From Guillardia theta CCMP2712 (lineage: Eukaryota > Protista > Cryptophyta), in the NCBI RefSeq assembly GCF_000315625.1, contig NW_005434584.1:155430-195279 (forward strand): 39,850 nt of DNA, given 5' to 3'. Shown one piece after another: positions 12,401-22,119 of the stretch. Numbering within the stretch: the stretch's first letter is position 1; each line of letters opens with the position of its first letter. The position numbers were made by a program, and so were the translations under genes. The notes beneath the pieces were generated by a model. The model was not told where the DNA came from. It did no database searches and saw only the letters and a program-made list of their open reading frames with translations.

Positions 12401-15400
12401 AGGGCAGGTCTTTGAGCCCACGTTGTTGTTTGTCATCATGAAACACATTTTATACTTCACATCTTGATTCAACGTCTGACCGGTTTTCAACTGAAATTGA
12501 ATGGTGGATTTGTCGTAGCTGGCAGCGTTGTCCTGGGGGTTCGAGCCAATCGTCTGGAACAAGCCGTTCGAAAGTGCACTGATTGCATATTCATCATACA
12601 AATTCACAGTTGTGCCAGAAGAAAACATCGTCATTCCCGTGAGAGTGAACGTTGTCTGCACGTTAATGTCAATGCTTGGACGCAACGTGATGCAGATCGG
12701 ATTCATGGCTGCTGGTGATGGGTTGAGCTGCCCAATCTCATACTTGTTAAACAGGTTTCGGGTGAGGTACAACGCTTGATGATCGCCTCGAAGGGGACCA
12801 ATCATTGCCTGAGAACTGGCCTGTTTGTTCTGCGCAAATTGCGACTGAACCGTTATGGTCGGACCAGACTGCTCGTTGTCCCCATTCACAAATTGCTTGA
12901 ACTGGAGAACATATATCCACCCAGGGTACATGCAGTTCGTCGCTTGGCCCTTGACAGGGAGCTGGCAGGAGCCCAGGGCAAGTTTGACTACCATCTCCCC
13001 ACTCGTAGAGCTCCAGGTCGTTTTTTCAATGTTTGGAAAATATTGATCTGCTGCAGCTGTTGCCGTCAAAGAGGTCCCAGGTGTATTCGTACCAGTCAGC
13101 CCCGATATGGTAATTTCGGGGCTGAAAGACGTACTGTCCATGTACATGTTCGATCTCAAGGAAATCGTGATCGTGTTGGATTTGGAAACGACCGACGTTG
13201 ACTGCGATATCAGCCTGGTCGGGAAGCCATAAGCGTACGATTTGAGCACACACACATCCCCATCCGTTTCACCATCTTGAAGTGCTCTGTCGACCGAGTT
13301 CTGCACCATCTGCACGTTCTGCGTGAACTGATTGTCTCCTGGACCGAGAGCTGACAAACTCAATGAGACAGTCTGACATGGATTAGCCGACACAGCATTT
13401 TTCAATACGATCGCAAACTTGATGTCCTGCTGTTGAGGGATGGAATAGAACATGTTGTTGGCTGTGTCATCCTGATTCACCGTCAAGACAGTTGTGCCTG
13501 CAGACCAGCTGGTAGTTCTGTGCAACGTTCCACCATTGATGACATCAATGAAGTGGGATGTGGGAGGATTCGATGGCGCTTCGAGTGTCATGGTGTCCCA
13601 GTTGAATGACGGGCAGGCTGTGATGATTGGCTGTGTGACAGTCTGTGAGCCTTGCAACCCTGACAGAGTGATTTGCGCCAAGTTGTTTTGTCCTGCACTG
13701 TTGGATTGCGTGGAGACCCTGTAGTTACTCCGGAGGGTGATGCAAATGTAGTTTGTGACATCAGGGCGAGTGGTTGTTTGTCCGATCTTGTACTTGATAA
13801 AGCCAGGTGCGGCGACGTATCCAACAGTGTTGCCCATGTTCTCCACGCTTTCTGCATTCACAACAGTAGAGCCCTTCGAAACTGTCACTGTCACAGGACA
13901 TGCAGCATTGCCACTGTTAGAATTCTGCCAGTCCCACGACAAGACATACGTGTTGCGTGCAGTCATAATCGTTGACACAGTGATCTTCAGCGCTCCACCA
14001 AGCGACCAGTCCATTTTGGGACTTACGGCCTGCAAGGTCGGGTCACCAATATCAATCTCCGTAGGATTGCCAGCAGAAGAGCACATGTCCGTCAAAGGGA
14101 TGCCACCGTTCAGTCGATTGCTCATCACAGTTATCTTTGGACTGTTGGTCTGGGTTCCACAGAGGCCTTGAAGACTGATCACAGACCCAGAATCGACATT
14201 GAAGTTTGGTGTCATAGTAACAAACACGTGCGTAAGCGATCCGGGATCACTGGAACTCTGAAAGATCGACGTCCTCAGCTTGTTGCCGACCACCTCGATG
14301 ATCTTGGAAGACGGTGAGACATCATTGCTCATCTGAGCAGACACGGAAGTTGAAGATGTGCAGAGGTCGTTGTTTTGGCAAATCTGTCCAGACAAGACAG
14401 CTTTGAGACTCTGGGAAGCTTGAGTATTGGATCCAGTCTTGAGTTTGAACGTGAAGGTTACCACCTCTCCAGCCTGAATGTAGTTGCCAGGTACAAGCTC
14501 GAATGACATGGTTCCAGCAGAGTCGAAATAAGCTTGATTCAAAACCTTGTTGGTCCCTGTTGATCGGAACTTGGCAGGTACGAATGCGTTCGGTGTGCCA
14601 GCCTCGCACTGGCATTTGGACTGGTAGAGGTCAATGTTGCCACTCGGTGTTGCTGAGCCCGACAGTCCGGTGAGTGAAACTGAGGTTGGGTTCACGGAAA
14701 CAGAGTAGATTGTCGCCGAGCTGATCAATGTCACTGTGATGCAGACATCTTGACTGGGCCCGTCGTTGTTTCCAGCAGCGGCCGCATATACAAACGCCGG
14801 CGCTGCTACTGTGCCGACTCCACCTGCTCCTTTCTGCACAGGCATGGGAGGATGGTCGGTCCCAAACCTCACAGATCGGTACTGGTCGAAGGGAACTTGG
14901 TACACCAGGTATTCACTTGTGCATGGAGTAGAAGGGAAGCTCGTGAGGTCTGATACAGCACACCCAAGAGAATTTCCCTCCGCTTGGTAAAAAGCAACGT
15001 TGGCGAGCTGATACCATTTCTCATCAATGCCACCTATCGGTGGCAATGGTCCAAGCCCGTTCTGCTTCCCGTTCACGTCGTAGTTCTGGTACATAGACAC
15101 CTTGTTGATGTACACGCCGGTGATTTGAAGAGCTGTCGGCATGTAAAGTCGCAACGTTTCTCGCTGAGAGTCCCAGTAGCACATGGAGAACGCGTTTGCC
15201 TTGATCTGCTTGAGATCAAAGGCATTGGAAGAAAGGTCTTGCACGATCCCATAGCATCCGGCTATCCCAGGCCCTGTGGCCGCCTGTTGTGATGAAACAG
15301 ATGCCGAGGCAGCCCATGGCTTGTTGATCACCTCCGAGATGCTCACAGATGCAGATGGATTGTTGAGCCATTGTACAGTGCTCTCAGTGGTATCCGATCT

Positions 15401-15750
15401 GTATGCTCCAAAGAGGTTGGAGCTTCCAGAGAACCTGGGGAGGAAGATCTCGATCACCGTGTTGGCTGACAGGATGTCCGAGCCCGACTTCCATGATCCC
15501 AAGGAACCCCAGTAGATCTTCATGTCGGTCGCCTTTAGATCAGTGACACCTCCTTCCAGCTGCAACTGAGCCATCTCGGCGACCGTGTACTTCACGCCTC
15601 CCGATGTCACCACGGCTGCCAACGTCCTCCCAGCGAACAAGCTCAAAAGAAGCAAGGCTGCCTGCTCAAAAGTCTGTGAGAAGAAAAGGAAACGCAAGAA
15701 AACAACTATCTCACCCCCCATTGGAGACAACATGCCCGCGCACGCTGCAT
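3438..15750 (-). CDS. Giant (~4,100 aa) type I membrane/surface protein with tandem beta-repeat modules; one frame break at ~6300-6350
   Basis: ATG at 15750 plus a 53-nt GT-AG intron (15714-15662) gives signal peptide MQRARACCLQWG-AALLLLSLFAGRTLA, in frame with ORF 15733-6257. ORF 6299-3438 continues the same repeat series and ends in an S/T stalk, a TM helix (VGAIVGGVIGGVVGAALLGFLAYKFL) and a short P/Y-rich tail. Confidence 0.85.
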
Positions 15751-16796
15751 GCTCGCAAGCGTGGAGCTACCCCTGGCAACACCCTCACGTGTCCGAGGGA
15801 CTTTATCAAGCCCTCGCGGAGGGGAGAGGGTCGCAGGTCCACTTTGTACCACAAATATTTGCTCAAATCGAATTCTGGTACCACCTGAAGCGGGGCAACA
15901 ATCATGCCGATGCCGTTACATTGCTGGTGGTGGTGGGGTACTTCAAAAAACTAGCCGTTATGCAGCGAGTAGGTCCGTTCGTTCTGCGGTACCTCACTTC
16001 CCCCTGGTACCCCCTTTGCCGTCGGTGATTACCTGCACCTTACCATACCTGCATCACAGGTGGTGGGTGGTAACCCACCCAACTCAATCCCTTTTATGAG
16101 AGGAAGGGTTTTTTATCAGGTTTGCGTGATTTTCAAACAATGGTCTCTTAATGTTGAAATCATTAGCAAAATATGATTTGCACCATCCAATAAATTGCAT
16201 TGGTCATGAAATTTGAATTTGCGTATCAAACGTTTAGTCAACACTTTTCAATACAACACCTCGCAGATATCTCAAAGTGTCTGACAGATGCAGGACAAGA
16301 GCATAAGGTTTTGCCCAGCAGGGTGGACACGCGCGGCCCTTCTCATCATGATGCACACTGAGATGCAAGCGGCCTGAAACACTCATTGACTATCATCCTT
16401 GCGCGAATGAATATGTTGAATCGGAGGCCTACGACTGAAGTCATCTGGAAGGATCTCTAATCTGTACAATAACACGATCGAGACACCTGTCCTCGCCCGT
16501 CCGAGGCTTTTATCAGGCTTCGCACTGACTTACAGTGATGTCACTGAGCGTACTGAGCCTAGTCCCGGAACCACTGCCAAATAAGTCCGGGAGTAAATCC
16601 TGTACTTGTCTGTACCCAGTACGGTACAACATGTCACACCCCGAAGCTGTACGGGTTGCAGATGTCTACAGCAAATGGCAGACAGCCTGGCAGTACGGTC
16701 TCATGAATGATGATCCCGGGCTCTCCGCCGGCGGCGGGCCGGGGGGCCGGCGGCGGCCGGCCGGCGGGGGGACCCGGTATCGGACGACGGATCGCA

Positions 16797-17173
16797 TGCC
16801 AGCCGTGCCAGTCAGATAGCGCCGAGTCAACCGGCCGTAAACCAACACGACTGGGCCATTACGTGTTTATCGAACTGGGGCGGCAATCATGGCATAGTAC
16901 GCCGGTTTGACGAACTTCCGCCGGAAGCCTGAGGAGACGGTCTGGGCCTACTAAGCCGTCTTGCTAAGGTCCCGGCTCATTTCTGGATGCTTGGGTTTCA
17001 CATCCTTGCATACAGTCTATCTCTCATGTGAAAGCTCCTCAATTCTGGTTCAATCGTCACGGTGCGTCTTGACTCAGCAAAACCTGTCTTGTTGCACTGA
17101 GCCGCTGAGGTCGATCCAAGTAATGCGGCATTACTTTGGCATAGTACAAGTCTAACAAACTTGTGCTCCGTCA
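16797..17173 (+). mobile_element. Solo LTR (copia-type family, related to 26040-26357)
   Basis: TG...CA ends (TGCCAGCCG...CTCCGTCA), flanked by TCGCA/TCACA (5-bp TSD with 1 mismatch). Colinear with 26040-26357 over blocks such as gccgtgccagtcagatagcgccgagt, gcatacagtctatctctcatgtg and tagtacaagtctaacaaacttgt. Confidence 0.75.
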
Positions 17174-17582
17174 TCACACCGCGGTTGAACGGTTTATCAG
17201 AGCCTGAAGCCTAGTAGAGAGACGGTCGGAGAGTTCGCCCCCCCCGGCGGGCCCGGGGCGGCCCGGCCGGGAGACACTTGCCCGGATGGATTGGGTGATG
17301 AAACCGTACGGTAGATTGTGCCTTTCTTTTTCAGTCAATAGAAGGATTGTGGAGGAGAGCAGGGAGGAGAGCAGATATCCTTTGGCGAGGGTGCGGTTGA
17401 GAGCGTTGTGAGAGAGCTAGGATCTTCTTGCTATGCGACGAAGTTGAAAGAGATGAATAGATGCCGCAGCATGCTCTTGAGATGAAGATATACCCGCTGC
17501 TGCCCCTGACATGAACGACCGACCCCTTGGTCAAATACTCCCTTTGCATGAGAAGAGACTGAGTTCGAAGGTTGTCTGAGAC

Positions 17583-20500
17583 ATGGAGGAGGAGGAGGAG
17601 GAGGAGGGGGTGCCTCAGCTCCATGGGGCTTCACCCAATGTGGATACGAGGAGAAGGCCAGCGACGAGAGGGACGAGGAAGGAGAGCGAGAGCCTGTCAG
17701 ACCTGGAAGACATAATCCCTGTCAACCAAGGTCGCCTGCAGATGTATGCCGTCGGCAAGAAGGTCCTTGCACACACTCGTAATCTGTTGCGCACACTCCC
17801 CCCACCCCCCTTGCTCTATCTTTCCCTCCCCCCTCGCATACACACACTTTCACTTCTTTCCCTCATCTTGTGCGTGCTTAGATAGGCAGTGGAAAGTTCT
17901 CAGTGGTATTTCGAGCGAGGATGTCAGACGGCAGGTGAAGGAGGAGGGTGGTGGAGGAGAGGAGAGGGTGAGCACATGGCTGCAGGAACGTGGCGCTGAA
18001 GAAGATCAACATCTTCGACATGATGGACGCGAAGAGCCGAAACAAATGTCTGAGAGAAGTAGATCAACTAGTCGGGAAGAGAGCGACGAGAGTGAAGGAC
18101 CTGTCGCAGGTTCACATGCTGCGAAGCATCAGCAAGCACGAGAACCTCATCGAGTATCTCGACGCCTTCATCGAGAACAATGAGCTCATGGTGAGGTGGT
18201 ACTGAGAGAAATGATATGTATGATCTGCTTGTTCAGATCGTGTTTGAGTGGGCTGAGAATGGAGACTTGCGAAGGCTCCTGAGAAGAGCGACAGGTAAGA
18301 GCAGGAGAAGAGAGATGAACAGGACGGGAATGATTTTGTCTTCAGCTCCATTTGAGGAGAGAGAAGTTTGGAAATATTTCCTGCAGGTCTTGTCCTTCAT
18401 CTTTCTGAGACCAACTTGCCTCATGCGCTTCTCCTTCCTGCAGGTTGCTGGTGCTGTCGCCCACATGCACGAGCAGAGGATGATGCACAGAGACATCAAG
18501 GTGATATACTTAAACCCTCCTCCTCCTATTGTCTAGCCTAACTGCCCCTCATCATCTTTGTGCTCACCTGATTTGACAGCCAGCTAACATTTTCATCTCT
18601 GCAAACAACGTCTTGAAGGTTCGCTTCTTGGGATTGATGACGAATACAGGTGTATGACAATTTCTTCAGCTTGGCGATCTTGGACTAGGAAGAGTTTTCT
18701 CTGCTGAGGTCACTTGCACTGTCCTTCTTATTCGCTCTAAATCTTATTGGCATCCTCGTGTTGGTTTCGTCGTCATTTTCTTGGTCATTTGTTTTGCTCT
18801 TGTTGATGATGACAATATATTTTTGTTATTGTTCATGACGCTCACTTGCATTCAGTCGGTCGAGACTTTCTCCAAGGTAAAAGATTGATTTCATGTTCTC
18901 CCTTTCTCTGTTGTTCTCTCGTTATCACCCATCAAACAGTGATCTTCTCCCTCCCTTCCTTTCTCTTGCTCTCCCTTTCTGCCTCCTTCTCACTGGTCTC
19001 ATTGATGCCGGCAGGTCGGAACTCCCTTGTACATGTCGCCTGAGGTTCTTCACGGGCAGGGCTACGACTTCAAGGTCTCGGCGAAGCTCCTCCTCTTGCT
19101 CTCACGGTCTCGCAGTCTGACATGTGGAGTCTGGGATGTCTCCTCTATGAGTTTGCTACTCTCTCCTCCCCCTTCGAGGCGCCGAACCAGGTTCCCCCCG
19201 ACCTCCCTTCCCCTTCCCCTCCTCCTCCTCTCCTTGCACATCTGATCTCTCTGAACCTCTGGATTCTGATTTCTTCATCTCCATCGTCTGAGTCAGCCTC
19301 CCCCTCGCCTGATCGTGTCCGATTGCTTCATCGTCTGTCAATCCCCAGTAACAGTATGGCAGAACCTCTACGACATCTTCAAGCGCATCAACGATGGAGA
19401 CTTCGCTCCTCTCCCCGAGTTGTTCTCTCAAGAGCTCAGGTGCCGAACCGACGCCTCTAACCCTAAACCCCAAGTCTTCTCCTTTGATTGTGCGAGTAGA
19501 GGCCTCGTCAACAGGATGCTGCACAAGGACCCGAAGAAACGGCCCACGGGTGAGAGAAGATGTGGTGAAGTGTCTGCTCTCCTTCCTCCTTCTCCTCCTC
19601 CCTCTCCCCTCCTCCTTTCTCCTCCTCCTCCACCTCCTCCTGCTCCTCCTCCTACGGACTTCTTCTCTTCGAGTAGTCCTCGCCTCCTCCTCTCCTTCAA
19701 TTTCAGCTTCTCTTTCTGGCACTGACTCCTTCCTTCTGTCTTCGTCTTCACCTCGCAGCTTCTGAGGCCTTCGCCTTCGCTCAAATGGCCTGCGACTCCT
19801 ACCAGGAGCGACCGAGTGGACTGATGATGATGGTGAGACAGTCACACTTGTGGCTGTGTCATGAATCATCTTGACCTGATTCCTTGTGCAGATAGAGATC
19901 ATTGATCTCTGCCAACTTCTCGACTACGAGGTGAACACAAGCACACACAAGTTGACTTGATGTTGTGTGATGCTATGGAAGATTTTAAGTCATACCCTAT
20001 CATTGCCACTTCATCTTCATCTTCATCTTCATCTTCATCTTCATCTTCATCTTCATCATCGTCATCGTCATTGTCATCGTCGCTGAAATAATGTTCTTCA
20101 CTTTGATCCTAGTCAGCCAGCTGCACTGGTTCATCTTTCAGAACTTCCTCCTGATCTCCTTTTCTAAATTGTTTCTTAATCTGACGACATTCCATCTTAT
20201 TGCAGGCTCTCTGTCGTGCTCAAGCCCTCCCTCCCCTCACACCAAGTTTCTTCACGCATGCTCATCCTCATCATGACATCAAGTTTCAATATTTCACTAG
20301 CCTTGTCCTCTGGCTCCTCCGCTTCAACGATGTTTCAGTCAGCGAGGACAGCAGGGACGGCAGCAGGCACCTCGAGACTCTCGACCCTCTCAACGTTTCT
20401 TCTCTCCTCCTCGACGCTTGCAAGCAGCTCGGCATCGGCAACGACCTCTCTCCTGTTCGACTGAAGACGTGAGAAGTTCTCCTCTCCCGCTCCTGTTCCC

Positions 20501-21873
20501 CTCATACCCTTCCCATGGTTTCTTCCTGGTTGTCATTCCTTGTCAACCTCTCCTGATCGCTGTTCTGGCTGAGCATGTGCCACAGGGGCTACGGGGAAGC
20601 CGTTTGCTCCCTCCTTCACTCCCTCCTTCTCCTCACCATGGCGAGAATGAAACGCAAGCTCGCGGTCATGTCGCATTCAGCGCGTGAGGAAGAAGAGGAA
20701 GAAGAGATCGGCCAAATGGAGGAGGAGGAGGAGGAGGACAGCGCGTGCGGATGGTCGTTATCCCCTCCCTCCCTCCATTTGTTGTGACTCGCTTCAAGGC
20801 CGGAAGCTCTAGACGGAGAGGCAGAGGAGGAGGCGGAGGGGGAGGGACAGGACCATCTGGTTGCTGTGCAGCCACCATGGGTGCCATGCGCGAGTGAGGA
20901 CCTGGAAAGGTCGACCCGCTGCTGGGGAGAGGAGCAGACAGCTGACGTCATGCTCAGGTTGAGCCTGCAGGAGCGACAGCAGGAGGAGTGGAGGATGCGG
21001 ATAGAGGTGTATGAGGGAGACTCGCCTTCTGGCCCGTCAAGGAAGTCCGCAGGCTCTCTCGAGGGACGTGAAGATGCAGCGGGCAAGGGCGGAGGAGATA
21101 GGTGAGACAGGATCAGATGTGGGAGGAGGGAGAGAAGGTAGAGGTTTGAATGCTGAGACGTCTGGGGCGTGAAGGAGGAGGGAAGAGAGGAAGGCAGCAT
21201 AGAGTGCTTGTGCATCTGCGTCGAATCGTCTCCATGAGCTTCTTGGCAGGTTTACAGCTGCGAGGGGTGGTAGAGACTTGCCAGCAGGAGGCGAGCTCGA
21301 TCAAGACGAGGGAAAGAGGACTGAACTCGAATGTGAGAGAGCGGGAGAGAGGCAGGCGGATTCTGATGAGATGCTTGTAGGACCACCAAGAGACGATCAG
21401 AGAGCTGAGAGAGGCAGCAGAGTGGGTGAAGAGCCTGCAGGAGTCCAGCTGAGAACAATTCACAGGGAGCTCACACAAGTCAGTGCCTCGTTCGAGCGCG
21501 AAAACGAGAGGATCGCACAGGTAAAATCAGAGGAGGCCCGAGATGCATGGCTGTTGAAGAACAAGGGGGTGAGGAGGGAGATACGCAGGAAATCTGAGCA
21601 AGAGTCCAGCTGCAGGCACATCATGACCAGGTGGCGGAGGAGCTGGAGGCTTCGAGAGTCCGTGTGGAGGACTTGGAGGTCAACGTGCATGACCGAAGCC
21701 CCACAGACAACATGCGCAAGGCAATCCCTTCCTTGCTCCCGCTCACACTTGATCCTCCTCGCCTGCTGCTCTGACTGCTGGAGCAGGCGATTCGCAAGCT
21801 GAAGGAGGAGCTTGCTGAGATGGAGCTGAGAATGGGGGTGGCGCTACACGAGCGGGGAGAAATGAAGCGTTGA
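17583..21873 (+). CDS. NIMA-related (NEK6/7-like) Ser/Thr kinase fused to an IFT57/HIPPI-like module; >20 short introns
   Basis: Manually spliced motifs: IGSGKFSVV, VALKKINIFDMMDAKSRNKCLREV, FEWAENGDL, HRDIKPANIFI, KLGDLGLGRVFS, VGTPLYMSPE, KSDMWSLGC, DPKKRP. These continue in frame into IEIIDLCQLLDYE...KFQYFTSLVLWLL...DPLNVSSLLLDACKQLG...LSPVRLKTGYGEAVCSLL and coiled coil ...IKTRERGLNSN...VAEELE...AIRKLKEELAEMELRMGVALH, which match IFT57. The 3' end is uncertain (stop at 21873, or up to ~22036 if another intron is used). Confidence 0.85.
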
Positions 21874-22119
21874 AATCTTTAGACCCTCTTTGTTCCGCCT
21901 GCAGGACATGGCAAGAGCCCTGGGCAGCAACTCGTCTGAGGCCTCGAAGCTTCACGTGAGGGATAGGAAGCGACTTAGAGGGAGAGAGAGCGCGAGAAGG
22001 AAGCGAGAACGAAGGGAGGTTCATGACGAGTATTAATCAGAGAGAAGACGAGGTATGAGGGGAAGGAGGGAGTGGGTGAGAGGAGGGCAGCCATGTTGCC
22101 ATCACGGGGGTTGGTTGTC

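Noticed and set aside
3369-15515. Numerous plus-strand ORFs opposite the giant gene
   Set aside because: Antisense shadows caused by codon bias.
15662-15733. ORF-track start MLSPMGGEIVV... for the giant protein
   Set aside because: It reads through a GT-AG intron; the spliced start at 15750 gives a proper signal peptide.
16088-16116. Hairpin plus T-run resembling a bacterial intrinsic terminator
   Set aside because: Only a 5-bp stem, eukaryotic context, and not downstream of a gene.
54-20540. The 2.2-kb direct repeats as LTRs of a giant element carrying the surface-protein gene
   Set aside because: They are exon/intron fragments of a host kinase gene, with no TG..CA ends, PBS or TSD.
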